Shown here: one piece after another, positions 38,575 through 48,635 of the stretch
Position numbering within the stretch: the stretch's first letter is position 1
Layout: each line of letters starts with the position of its first letter
Source of the DNA: an uncultured delta proteobacterium
GTDB taxonomy: Bacteria; Desulfobacterota; Binatia; Binatales; Binataceae
Assembly (NCBI GenBank): GCA_963842085.1
Contig: CAWJET010000001.1
Span: forward strand, 3,104,001 to 3,168,000
DNA: 64,000 bases
Direction of reading: 5' to 3'
Position numbers and translations under genes: made by a program
The notes under the pieces: model-generated
Seen by the model: the letters and a program-made list of their open reading frames with translations, nothing else
What the model was told of the DNA's origin: nothing
The model's database searches: none

Positions 38575-39291
38575 ATGGCAACGACTGTGGCGGACGAAAA
38601 GAAAAATCTACGCGCGATCATGATCGCGTGCCGCGATGCGCTCCCCGGCGAGCGCGCGGCGGCATGGTCGGAAAGCGTCGAGCGTCAGGTGATCGCGAGC
38701 GAGTTCTACCGCGACGCATCCGCAATCGTCCTCTACAAAGCTCACGGCAACGAAGTCTCGACCGATCGCATATTGGCTGACGCGCTGGCGTCGGGCCGCG
38801 CCATTTTCTACCCGCGCGTCGATACGGTGACGGGCACTATCGTCGCGCGAAGGATTCGCGATTGTTCCGAGCTTGCGCGCGGCGCGTATGGAATCCTGGA
38901 GCCGGCCGCGTCGTCCGAGCCTCTCGACAGCAAAAGTTTCGCGAAAATTCTGGTCTGTGTTCCCGGCGTTGCCTTCGGTGTCGAAGGACAGCGACTGGGT
39001 CGTGGCGGGGGTCATTATGATCGTTTCATCGGCCAACTCGGCGGCGAAGCGATCACTGTGGGGCTCGCTCATTCATTCCAGCTGCTCGATCGAATCCCCG
39101 AAACGGGACTAGACCGGCGGCTCAACTTCATTGTGACCGAGTCCGCCGTTCATCGAGCCTGCGAAGCGCCACTGCCAGCTCGCGGAACGCGGACCAAGGA
39201 GGTAAACCCGGGTGGCACTAATCACCGCAATCCTGGGATTCATAGTTGGTGGCGCGGTCTTTTTCATTTGGGGAATAACGAAACAGCGTAA
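38575..39291 (+). CDS. 5-formyltetrahydrofolate cyclo-ligase
   Basis: YGILEP, VPGVAF, RLGRGGGHYDR. Confidence 0.93.
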   Translation: MATTVADEKKNLRAIMIACRDALPGERAAAWSESVERQVIASEFYRDASAIVLYKAHGNEVSTDRILADALASGRAIFYPRVDTVTGTIVARRIRDCSELARGAYGILEPAASSEPLDSKSFAKILVCVPGVAFGVEGQRLGRGGGHYDRFIGQLGGEAITVGLAHSFQLLDRIPETGLDRRLNFIVTESAVHRACEAPLPARGTRTKEVNPGGTNHRNPGIHSWWRGLFHLGNNETA

Positions 39292-40771
39292 GGACGCCGT
39301 TAACCTGGAGGCCGCGCGCGCTCAGGCCGAGGAAATAACCAAGGAGGCTCAAACACGAAGCCAGCTGGCAGTAAAGGAGGCTGAACTCAAGGCCAAGGAC
39401 ATGGTGGTCGGCGCCAAGGCCGACGCCGAACGCGAAATCCGCGATCGCAGGCGCGAGATTGTCGCGATCGAACAGAAACTCGAAGCACGCGAAGAGACTT
39501 TCGAAAAGCGCCAGGAAGCATTCGAGCGGCGCGAAGCCGATCTGAACCGGCGCGATCAAAGCCTGCGCTCGCGCGAGAAAAGTCTCACCGACAAGGAAGA
39601 AGTCCTGCAGGCGCATATCGACGAGGCGCGCACCAAGCTCGAAGCCGTCGCCGGTCTGACGCGCGAGGAAGCCAAGCACTCGCTGATGGACGAGATGATC
39701 GGCCAGGCGCGCACCGACGCCGCCAAGCACATCCGCATCGTCGAGGAAGAGGCGCGCGAGGAGGCCGACCGCCGCGCCAAGCGGGTCGTCGCGATCGCGA
39801 TCGAGCGGCTGGCCGGCGAGTTCGTGGCCGAGCGCACGGTCTCGGTGATCGCGCTGCCCAACGACGAGATGAAGGGCCGCATCATCGGCCGCGAAGGACG
39901 CAACATCCGCGCGATCGAGGCGGCCACCGGCGTCGACATAATTATCGACGACACCCCCGAGGCAGTCGTAATTTCGTGCCACAATCCGATTCGCCGCGAG
40001 ATCGCGCGAGTCGCCCTCCAGCAGCTCATCTCGGACGGCCGCATTCATCCCGGACGGATTGAGGAAGTCGTGCGCAAGGCCGAGCAGCAGGTCGAGGAAT
40101 CGATTCGCGAGGCCGGTCAGCGCGCGATAATCGAAGTCGGCGTGCACGGAATCCATCCCGAACTGGTCAAGCTGCTCGGGATGCTCAAGTATCGCTACAG
40201 CTACGCGCAGAACGTGCTGATGCATTCGATCGAAGCCGCGTTCATCTGCGGCGCGATGGCGGCCGAGCTGGGGCTCAACGAAAAGCAGGCTCGCCGCGCC
40301 GCCCTGCTGCATGATATCGGCAAGGCGCTGACGCATGAGGTCGAAGGCTCGCACGCGTTGATCGGCGGCGAGATCGCGCGCAAGTACGGCGAGTCGGCGA
40401 AGATCGTAAACGCAATCGCGGCGCATCATGAGGAAGTCAAAGCCGAGACGATTCTCGCGCCGCTGGTCGATGCGGCAGATGCGCTCTCGGGCGCGCGTCC
40501 GGGAGCGCGGCGCGAGGTGCTCGAGAGCTACGTCAAGCGGCTCGAGGATCTCGAGACGATCGCGAAGTCGTTCAAGGGCGTCGAGAAATGCTTCGCCGTG
40601 CAGGCCGGGCGTGAGATGCGCGTGATCGTCGAGCCGACCCAGATCTCGGACGAGGACACTTCGATGCTGGCGCGCGACGTGGCGCGCAAAATCGAAACCG
40701 ACATGACCTATCCCGGACAGATTCGGGTCACCGTGATTCGCGAGACGCGCGCCACCGAGCTCGCGAAATAG
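39212..40771 (+). CDS. rny: Ribonuclease Y
   Basis: N-terminal TM, coiled coil, KH domain (KGRIIGREGRNIR), HD domain (LLHDIGK). Confidence 0.97.
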   Translation: MALITAILGFIVGGAVFFIWGITKQRKDAVNLEAARAQAEEITKEAQTRSQLAVKEAELKAKDMVVGAKADAEREIRDRRREIVAIEQKLEAREETFEKRQEAFERREADLNRRDQSLRSREKSLTDKEEVLQAHIDEARTKLEAVAGLTREEAKHSLMDEMIGQARTDAAKHIRIVEEEAREEADRRAKRVVAIAIERLAGEFVAERTVSVIALPNDEMKGRIIGREGRNIRAIEAATGVDIIIDDTPEAVVISCHNPIRREIARVALQQLISDGRIHPGRIEEVVRKAEQQVEESIREAGQRAIIEVGVHGIHPELVKLLGMLKYRYSYAQNVLMHSIEAAFICGAMAAELGLNEKQARRAALLHDIGKALTHEVEGSHALIGGEIARKYGESAKIVNAIAAHHEEVKAETILAPLVDAADALSGARPGARREVLESYVKRLEDLETIAKSFKGVEKCFAVQAGREMRVIVEPTQISDEDTSMLARDVARKIETDMTYPGQIRVTVIRETRATELAK

Positions 40772-40788
40772 CACTACGCAATTCCAGC

Positions 40789-40824
40789 CGAAGGCCCGAT
40801 CGCTTTAGTGTGGTCGGGCCTTCG
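40789..40824 (+). terminator. Hairpin after rny
   Basis: cgaaggcccga...tcgggccttcg 11-bp inverted repeat. Confidence 0.55.
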
Positions 40825-40864
40825 TGCGTTAAAGCGACGCTTCCGTTACGTTCTCTATGTCGCA

Positions 40865-41416
40865 ATGTTTGAAGCAGAACGGATCGCCGGGACTGATTTC
40901 GAACCAAATCGCCTGCGCGAGTATCTCCGGCCGCCATTTCGCAAGTTCGAATTCTCGACGCCGATGAGCGTTGGCCATGCCACCAGGGTCCTCCAGGAGA
41001 TCGTCGAACCGCCGCGGAAGTGGGGATGGCGCACTTCTACCAAGCGCGGATTTTTCGAGGGCAAAGTCGCGGGAAGCCGCTTCAAAATTAATCGCATCGC
41101 CGGTTACCAGAACGCATTCTTGCCGATAATCGAAGGGAACTTCCGGCGCGACGGCTTGAGGACCATCGTCACTCTCAACATGCGCTTGGTGTGGCCTGCT
41201 GTGCCCTTCTGGATCGGCGTAATAGTGTTCCTGGGGTGGAGTTCCGTGGCGGTCGATTCGCGCGTGGCCGGTCCCTTTGGCGCTCGAATGGCCGTGCTCG
41301 GGATGACGCTGGTCATTTATCTTGTCGCGACTGTCCCTTTCGCTATCGAGGTGCGAATCGCGATGAAGCGCCTGCTGGAACTGCTGCGGTCGGGCCCCGC
41401 TCCTTTGTCATCCTGA
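40865..41416 (+). CDS. Hypothetical membrane protein (two C-terminal TM segments)
   Basis: FEGKV...FKINR...FLPIIEG then two TM segments; stop codon lies inside the REP-like element. Confidence 0.65.
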   Translation: MFEAERIAGTDFEPNRLREYLRPPFRKFEFSTPMSVGHATRVLQEIVEPPRKWGWRTSTKRGFFEGKVAGSRFKINRIAGYQNAFLPIIEGNFRRDGLRTIVTLNMRLVWPAVPFWIGVIVFLGWSSVAVDSRVAGPFGARMAVLGMTLVIYLVATVPFAIEVRIAMKRLLELLRSGPAPLSS

Positions 41417-41540
41417 ACGCAGCGAGCAACGCGAGATAGTTTGTCATCCTGACAAAGCGAGCAACGCGAGCGGCAGGAAGGATCTCGGACAGCTTCGCGT
41501 AAGCGAAGCCGGTACCGGTTTCTGAGATCGCGAAAGCGCT
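41407..41540 (+). repeat. REP-like element: partial copy followed by a long copy
   Basis: gtcatcctga..gcgagcaacgcgag twice, then cggcaggaaggatctcggacagcttcgcg..gcgaagccggtaccggtt. Confidence 0.85.
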
Positions 41541-41613
41541 CCTTGGCGCCAAGCCATCAGTGCCGCGTTCGCGCTTTACCGCGCGGGAAGGCAGAAGCTA
41601 TCATCCATCCACG

Positions 41614-42153
41614 ATGCCCACGACGCGTGAAGTTCTCGATGCGACGATCGCATTGGAAAAACAGAGCATGGCTTTGTACGCGCGCTTCGCGAAGATCTTT
41701 GCGAACGAGCCGACTCTGCAGGATTTTTGGTTCGGAATGGCGCGTGACGAAGCGCGGCATGTCGGCGCATTGGACCTGGTGACGACCGTGCTTGATCAGG
41801 AAGAGATGCTCGATAAGCCCAGTCCAATTTCGCTCGAAGACGCCACCATCGTGCGGCTGCGGACCTTGCTCGAAAAATCTCAGGCCGATGCAACGCCGGG
41901 AATCAAACTCGATCGCGCGCTCGAGATCGCACTCGAAGTCGAGGAAACCGAACTTGAGGATCTCGTCTCGGATCTGCTGAAGGCCTTGCAGGCGCCCGAC
42001 GAGTACGAACGATGCCTGCGACTGCTCATCCACGACCTCGGCGAGCTGAGCTACATGATCGAGCGCCACTCGGCCAATCCCGCACTGCTGTCGCGATGCG
42101 ACGCGCTGGTCAATCGCCACGCCGAGACGCTGCGCCACACGGCAATCAGGTAG
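41614..42153 (+). CDS. Ferritin-like/rubrerythrin-type protein
   Basis: IALEKQSMALY...MARDEARH...ALEVE. Confidence 0.7.
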   Translation: MPTTREVLDATIALEKQSMALYARFAKIFANEPTLQDFWFGMARDEARHVGALDLVTTVLDQEEMLDKPSPISLEDATIVRLRTLLEKSQADATPGIKLDRALEIALEVEETELEDLVSDLLKALQAPDEYERCLRLLIHDLGELSYMIERHSANPALLSRCDALVNRHAETLRHTAIR

Positions 42154-42212
42154 CGTCGCGCGCCGACGCGGTGGCGCGCGTGATGGCCGTTGGTTATATT
42201 TCAGGGCTGCGC

Positions 42213-42288
42213 TGAGGAGTGGCCAAATTGGTAAGGCACCTGACTCTGGATCAGGCGATTGCAGGTTCGAGTCCTGCCTCCTCAGCCA
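42213..42288 (+). tRNA. tRNA-Gln(CTG)
   Basis: Cloverleaf; anticodon arm cctga-ctCTGga-tcagg; GTTCGAGTC; CCA. Confidence 0.96.
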
Positions 42289-42326
42289 ACGATTCCGCAG
42301 GCGCGCCGACGATGACGCGCGACGAT

Positions 42327-42401
42327 GGTCCCATCGTCTAGTGGTTAGGACACCGGCCTCTCACGTCGGGAACGCGGGTTCGACTCCCGCTGGGATCACC
42401 A
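42327..42401 (+). tRNA. tRNA-Glu(CTC)
   Basis: Anticodon arm ccggc-ctCTCac-gtcgg; GTTCGACTC; CCA. Confidence 0.96.
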
Positions 42402-42464
42402 AACAAATCAAAGGGTTGTAAGCGATGCTCAGATTGCGCCTGAGGCTGGTGCCAAATAGGTGCC
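42402..42464 (+). mobile_element. Probable att-site arm of a decayed tRNA-integrated island
   Basis: IHF consensus aatcaaagggttg (42406-42418) right after the CCA, and ggtgcc-aaata-ggtgcc direct repeat. Confidence 0.5.
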
Positions 42465-42667
42465 GTCTTTTCCCCGTTTTGAGGCATTAACAATCAAACA
42501 TACGATCGCGCACTGTAAACGTAGGACACCTTAAGGTCCGTTGAGACCCGCGTCCGATAGTCGAGCGCGATTGACGCGAACGACGGCACGCCGCTAGAAG
42601 CCAAGCCATGAAGCTTCGCCATGCTGCCGCACTCGCGATTGCGGGATTAAGGTAAGCGGCTCGCTCG

Positions 42668-44005
42668 ATGCCCGTTCTTTCGACTCGTCGTGTCCAGCTC
42701 GCCGCGGTCGTGGTGCTCGCGTTTATCCTTCGCGCGATATGGCTCGTGCGATCCGGTTCCGGTTGGGCGGTCGGCGCCGACTCACATCTGTATCTCGCGC
42801 TCGCTCGGGGACTCAGAGCCGGCTGCGGCTTCGCGCCGTACATCGAGCGCTGCGGCGCTCCCGAGCTGATGCGCACGCCGGGATATCCGGTCTTTCTAAT
42901 TTCGTTTCTCACTCATCTTCGTTTAGCGATTGTGATACAAGCCGCGCTTGGTGCGCTGGTATGCTTCATGGTCGCTAATTTTGCCGGACGCCGCGGCAGC
43001 CCGATCGCTGGGATTCTCGCTGCGGCGATCGTCGCGGTTGATGTTCCAACGATCCTGAATAGCAAGGAGCTCATCACCGAAGCGCTTTTCCAGGCGGTAT
43101 TGACCCCTGCTATCTTCGCCGCGCTCGAGGGTAACCCGTTCCTTGCCGGCGCGACGCTCGGCCTTGCCGCCATGATTCGCCCTGTGGCCGAAGTGCTCGT
43201 CCCGCTCGTGGCGATGCCATTTATCGCGAATCGAAGTTGGCGCGGCGCTGTCACTGCTCTGTCGGTAGCAATTTTGATCATCGCTGCGTGGGCGGTTCGC
43301 AATGATCGCGTGGCCGGCGTCTTTACCTTGACCGTCGAAGGTCCGCTCAATCTCTATTTGTACACGGCGCCTGCGGTTATCGCGCGTCACGATGGAGTGC
43401 CGCTTGAAAATGTCAAGCTTTCGTTCGCCCGCGATGCCGCGGTGCTCGTTCCCGCGCGACAAACCCGCGGCGATGCTCAATTCGAGGAGCTCTATGGCTC
43501 CGACCCGACTATCTCAGCGCTCGAAACCGATCCTGCACTTTCAAATTTCATGCTTTCCAGGTCGGTAGCGGTAATTCTTGCGCATCCAGTCGACTTCGCG
43601 ATCAATACGCTCGAGGGATTCATCAAACTCGCGATTGAGCCGTACGAGCTGCAAACAGGTTGGCAGGGATTGATCACGAACCCTCGCGCATTGGTGGCGA
43701 TTCGATTTACCGCGACTGCGTTCCAGTGCGTCATGCTCGCCGTGATATGGATCGGAGTATTTCGCACGCTATGGCGTCGGCCGCGAGATTGGCAGCAATG
43801 GATACTCCTCGGCGCGGCGCTGATGCTGATACTGCCGGCCTCGATCTACGCCGACGCGATCTCGATGCGATATCGCTCGCCGGCAATTCCTTTCCTCGCC
43901 GTGCTGGCCGGTATCGGCTGGTTTCCCGCAACCAGTTCCGGCGTTTGTAATCAGTCTGGCAGTAATCGGGTTGGCGGCGGCGACACTGGTTTCGACCCCC
44001 CGTGA
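42668..44005 (+). CDS. GT-C (ArnT/PMT-like) membrane glycosyltransferase
   Basis: DSHLYLALA, RTPGYPVF, ITEALF, IRP, RN, RYRSP; multi-TM. Confidence 0.75.
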   Translation: MPVLSTRRVQLAAVVVLAFILRAIWLVRSGSGWAVGADSHLYLALARGLRAGCGFAPYIERCGAPELMRTPGYPVFLISFLTHLRLAIVIQAALGALVCFMVANFAGRRGSPIAGILAAAIVAVDVPTILNSKELITEALFQAVLTPAIFAALEGNPFLAGATLGLAAMIRPVAEVLVPLVAMPFIANRSWRGAVTALSVAILIIAAWAVRNDRVAGVFTLTVEGPLNLYLYTAPAVIARHDGVPLENVKLSFARDAAVLVPARQTRGDAQFEELYGSDPTISALETDPALSNFMLSRSVAVILAHPVDFAINTLEGFIKLAIEPYELQTGWQGLITNPRALVAIRFTATAFQCVMLAVIWIGVFRTLWRRPRDWQQWILLGAALMLILPASIYADAISMRYRSPAIPFLAVLAGIGWFPATSSGVCNQSGSNRVGGGDTGFDPP

Positions 44006-44043
44006 AGGTCGCATCTGATTTTCCGGTAGGATAGTTCCCGCGA

Positions 44044-47000
44044 ATGACGAAGAGTTCCACACCTGATCCGGCAGTCGCGGCTGTGGCAACACCGCACCGC
44101 CGGTATCCAGAGACCGCCGGGCTTTTGCTGCTCGCGCTGGCGCTGCTCTTCAACGCAATTCTGCTCGCGCCCGAGCTACGTATCGAGCGTGCTCCGGTGA
44201 ACGATCTGCCATTTCATATCGCGGCCTCCCAAGTCCTTGGCCACAGCATCGCGCACCGCGAACCGTTCCTGGATCCGTGGGTCTCGCAATGGTCACTCGG
44301 GTTTCCACTGTGGCGCATCTATCAGCCGCTGCCCCACCTCGTCGCTGCGGCGGTAATCGCGCTCTGCCGCCCGTTCGCTTCGCCGGACTCAAGCTTCGCC
44401 GCCTTCTACTACCTGTTGTTGGTGTTGGTTCCTGCCAGCGTCTATCTCGGCGCGCGGCTGATGGGCCTCAACCCACTTGCCGCCGGGCTCGCCTCGATCC
44501 TGGTCCTGATGCCAAACGAGGGGGGAGACTTCGGACGCTATGGACTCAGCTACGGCGCCTACGTGTGGCGAGGTTCAGGTCTCTACACGGAATTGTTTGC
44601 TATTGAGGTGATGCTGCCGACGCTCGGCCTGGCGGCACGAGCGATCGACTCTGGCAGAAGGCAGACCATTGCCGCCGTCGGCCTCGCACTGACCGCTCTC
44701 TCGCACATATTTTTCGGCTACGTCGCCTTCGTATCGACCGCAGTTTGGGCGGTGGTAAGCCCGCGCGATGGCCGCTCGCAACGCATCGCCCGTGCAGCTT
44801 CGATAACGGTGATGGCGATGCTGCTGCTGGCGTGGTTTATCATCCCGATGCTCCTGGCTGGCGGCGAAGTCAACCGCAGCAGGTGGGACCCTGCCTACAA
44901 GTTCGATTCGTATGGCGCGCCGATCATTCTGCGCGAGCTTTTTTCCGGGCGCTTGCTCGATTTCGGCCGTGTCCCGGTGCTTTCATTGATGGTCGCGCTT
45001 GGAACCTTGATTGCCGCGTTTAATTTCAAGGATTCGCTGGCGCGGCGCTTGCTGGTTCTGACCGCCGTATGGCTCGGGCTCTTCTTTGGGCGCGAGACCT
45101 GGGGCCACCTCCTGGTACTCGCTGGAATTCCAAGCCAGTTCCATCTGCATCGGCTGCAGGCCGCCTTCGAGTTGTTCGCGGTGTTGCTGGCCGCATGGGG
45201 ACTAGAGCGAGCGATCTCCGCGGCGATGCGCGCTCCACGGCTCGTCACGATTGCGGCAGGCGCGGCGCTGGGTGCGGCAATCCTGCTGCTCGCGCTCGAC
45301 CGTGCAGAGTTCCTCAGACTCAATACGACGTGGGGCGAGGCCAATTTGGCTGCCTTCGACCGCGAGCGTGGTGATTTGGACGCCGCTCTGATCGATGTAC
45401 GCGCGATTCTCGCCGACCGCCCCGGCCGGGTGTCTGCCGGGAAAGCGGCGGACTGGGGCGGAACATTCAAGATTGGCGAGGCTCACGTTTACTCGTTCCT
45501 CAGCAGAGACGGATTCGATGAGGCCAGCTTCCTCTACCACACAATTTCGCGGACTTCTGACTACATGGTGCTGCGCGACGAGAACGATCCCGTGGAGGAG
45601 GATCTCTTCGGCATCAGGGCGGTGGTGGCTCCGGCCACTCTGAAAATGCCGTCCTATTTTCGCCGACGCTCGGTGCATGGCCGCTTCGCCGTGTACGAGG
45701 CCTCGCCGGAAGGTTACTTCAGTCTCGTCGATATCGGCGCCAGTTACGATGGGCCGCCCGCAACCTGGTACGACCCGATTTCCACATGGCTGCGGAGTTT
45801 GATGCTTCGCGCGGGCGAGGTCATCGCGCTTGATTCGGGGACTTTCTCCGGAGTCCCGGTCATCGGCCGCTGGCAGGCGCTGCCCAAACCCGACACCCGG
45901 TTCATCAGCCCGCGCGGTCAGATCCTCGCCGAATCGAAGGTCGATGAGACCTATCGAGCGACCATCGACGTTCAACGTCCCTGCTATGCGCTCGTCAAGA
46001 TCACCTACTTCCCGAGCCTGGCGGCAACCGTCGACGGCAAGCGCGAACGTCTCATCCGGGTTTCCCCCGACTTCGGCGCCATCGCGCTTACTCCGGGACA
46101 TCATGAGGTCGAGGTCAGCTACCAACCCGGCCCTTTGAAGCCTCTTCTGTTCGTCGCCGGGATCTTGATGTTCGCACTCGTCGCGCTGCCGTCATTCGGC
46201 GCGTATCGCGAGCGAGCTCAGAGTTGGCTGGCGGAGCGGCTCGGGCTGCTGGGCGAATGGCTTACGACCGACCGCGTGAAGATTGCCATCGCACTGGCAT
46301 TGTTGATCCTGCTGTTCACCCGCGCGCTTTTCAGGGGCCAACTGGTCGCCGGCCACGATTCGCTGGCATATCCGCCGCGCCTGGCCGAATTCGCGAAGAT
46401 AATTGGCGATCATCAATTCCCGCCCATCTGGGCCCCGGATCTCAGCAGTGGACACGGCCAGCCGTTGTTCGAATTCTCGCCGCCGCTGATCTACGCGGCG
46501 GCATTGCCGTTCTTCAAATGCGGGATGGGGCTGGCGGATTCCCTCCAGTTCGGGTTGATCGTGCTCTTCGCGATCGGGACGGTTTCCGTCTATTTGATCG
46601 GGAGAAAAATGTCATTTTCACGAGTCGCCTCGGTGGGCGGGGCGGCGGCGTGGCTGTTCGCGCCTTACCAGGCGCTTGATATGTATGTGTCGGTCCGAAT
46701 GGCCGAGGCCTCGGCGCTCTGCGTCGCGCCACTCGCATTGCTTGGACTCATGACGGTGTTGGAGCGCCCGACGCTGCTGAGCATCGTGCTCGGCGCGGCC
46801 GCGCTCGCATTGGTGCCGCTCGCGCATAGTGCGGTCGCGCTGCTGATGTTCCCGATTTTCGCAGTGATCGTTCTGGTCCGCGCCGCCATCTCCAGGAGCC
46901 CTATTCGGACGGGCGTCGCCGGGCTTGCGGCGCTCGCGGGTGGACTCGGACTCAGCGCGTTTTTCTGGCTTCCCGCCGTACTCGAAAAGGATTTCGTAAA

Positions 47001-47253
47001 GACCGACCTTTTGCTAACCGGCTTTTTCAATTGGCGTATCCACATAATCGCGCCATGGCAGTTGCTGTGGGGACACTGGGGCTTCGGCTACTCCGTAGCG
47101 GGCCCCAACGACGGCATTTCGTTCTCGCTCGGCCTGCCTCATATCGCGCTTGCAATTGTGGGATTTCTCATCGGGGTCCGGGCGCTCAGCTGTCAAATGA
47201 AATCTTTGGTTAGTTTTAACGCCAAAACGAATTTTATTTTGTCAAATTTATAG
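44044..47253 (+). pseudogene. Large YfhO/PTPS-related GT-C-like membrane protein with two tandem modules, 3'-truncated near 47190
   Basis: Two D..H/...G.P....Y.PL modules; after ALS the frame runs into AT-rich non-coding-like sequence (CQMKSLVSFNAKTNFILSNL). Confidence 0.7.
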
Positions 47254-47278
47254 GTTTATTTGTCAATTTGTAGGATTT
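47191..47278 (+). mobile_element. Solo transposon-like end (TnsB/TniA or IS21 style)
   Basis: Abrupt switch to AT-rich sequence starting TGTCAAATGA; internal repeats tgtcaaatttatagg (47240) and tgtcaatttgtagg (47261). Confidence 0.55.
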
Positions 47279-47315
47279 CGGAGGTTCCAGTGAGGCGACT
47301 GGCCTTTACGAAAGA

Positions 47316-47378
47316 TGAATCCATTCAGGTTTATTGACAGACGCGGGGATTAGCGCTAGAAAATAATGAATGGATTCA
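47316..47378 (+). promoter_or_regulatory. TetR promoter with two palindromic operators
   Basis: TGAATCCATTCA (47316) and TGAATGGATTCA (47367) flank TTGACA-N17-TAGAAA. Confidence 0.7.
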
Positions 47379-48047
47379 GTTTCAATATCTAACCAGCCGC
47401 CAGGACTCCGCCACCGTCAGAAGCGGGAGCGCGAGCGCCGCATCGTTCAGGCCGCCGAAAAACTGTTCGCGAGCAAGGGTTACCCCGAGGCCGCGATGGA
47501 AGATGTCGCGGCGCACGCGGGCCTTGCGGTCGGCACGATCTACAACTACTTCTCGTCCAAGTCCGCGCTGCTGCTGGCGATCGTCAGGCGCGAAACCGAG
47601 GCGCTGCTCGCGCGCGGGCAGAAGATCCTTGACGACCCCGCGCGCGACCCGGCCGCGGCGGTGTCAGCGTTCACCGAGATTTTTCTCGACGACTTCACGC
47701 GTGACGACCGGCGGCTATGGCGCGAATTGTTCGGCGCGGCGATCGCCGAGCCGTCCACGGTCGGGCGGCGCCTGTTTGAAGCCGACACGCAACTGGTAAC
47801 GCAACTCGCGTCGCTGCTCGATCGATACCGGAGCGACGGCGTTCTCGCATCCGAGGTAGAGCCGATGCCCGCGGCGACGGTGCTCTACAGCGTGTGCTTC
47901 ACCTGGATGACCGCGTACCTGATGAATGACGCGATCAGCGCCGAGATGGTGCGCCACGAAATCCGGCGCGGCGTCGCGATTGCGATGCGCGGAATGTTTC
48001 CCCGCACCGGCGCGATCTCAACTGCCACAGGAGGACAGGAACCATGA
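47370..48047 (+). CDS. TetR/AcrR family transcriptional regulator
   Basis: AAEKLFASKGY...MEDVAAHAGLAVGTIYNYFSSK. Confidence 0.93.
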   Translation: MDSVSISNQPPGLRHRQKRERERRIVQAAEKLFASKGYPEAAMEDVAAHAGLAVGTIYNYFSSKSALLLAIVRRETEALLARGQKILDDPARDPAAAVSAFTEIFLDDFTRDDRRLWRELFGAAIAEPSTVGRRLFEADTQLVTQLASLLDRYRSDGVLASEVEPMPAATVLYSVCFTWMTAYLMNDAISAEMVRHEIRRGVAIAMRGMFPRTGAISTATGGQEP

Positions 48048-48409
48048 TCGAAATTATCGAAGGCCTTCCCGACAATGTAGTGGGACTCGTGGCCAGGGGC
48101 GAGGTAACGAGAAACGATTACCGCGAGGTGGTGATTCCGGCCATAGGCAAGGCGCTGAAGCGCAACGCCAAGCTGCGGCTTTATTACGATCTGGGTTCGC
48201 AATTCACCGGGATCGATCTCGGCGCCGAATGGGAAGATTTCAAACTCGGATTTGAGCATCTTTCACGCTGGGAACGGATGGCCGTCGTGACCGACGTCGC
48301 CTGGATCCGGCATCTGGTCGGCGCTTTCCGCTTTCTGATGCCCGGAGAACTGCGAGTCTTCGCGACCGCGCAGGCATCGGAGGCGCGGAAATGGATTGTC
48401 GCGGCCTAG
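48044..48409 (+). CDS. SpoIIAA-like (STAS/SEC14) protein
   Basis: GEVTRNDY, WEDFKLG, ERMAVVTD, EARKWI. Confidence 0.88.
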   Translation: MIEIIEGLPDNVVGLVARGEVTRNDYREVVIPAIGKALKRNAKLRLYYDLGSQFTGIDLGAEWEDFKLGFEHLSRWERMAVVTDVAWIRHLVGAFRFLMPGELRVFATAQASEARKWIVAA

Positions 48410-48635
48410 CCTGACGCCGCGATCTGAGCTCGAAGGAGGAGGCGCGGGTATCGAGTCGAGCGCCAGGCGGCGTTAAGCCTGGAGTTGGCAACGAGTTTAG
48501 ACCCCCCCTATCTTTGCTGTTCAAAGTAGCGTATCCTCACAGCCTAACGCTCGGATTGTTCCATTCTCTAAGCCCGGGAATTGGCCCGGGTTTTCTGTAC
48601 GAGAGCTTCCCGGCAAATACTTACGGAGGGCAAAA

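Noticed and set aside
40771-41540. Orphan gene plus downstream palindrome considered as an integron cassette
   Set aside because: No RYYYAAC...GTTRRRY attC core and no integron integrase; the repeat belongs to the REP-like family.
43976-43996. ggcggcgacactggtttcgac resembles the 5' end of tmRNA
   Set aside because: It lies inside a CDS end, has no downstream tag frame or TpsiC/CCA 3' end, and is short enough to be chance.
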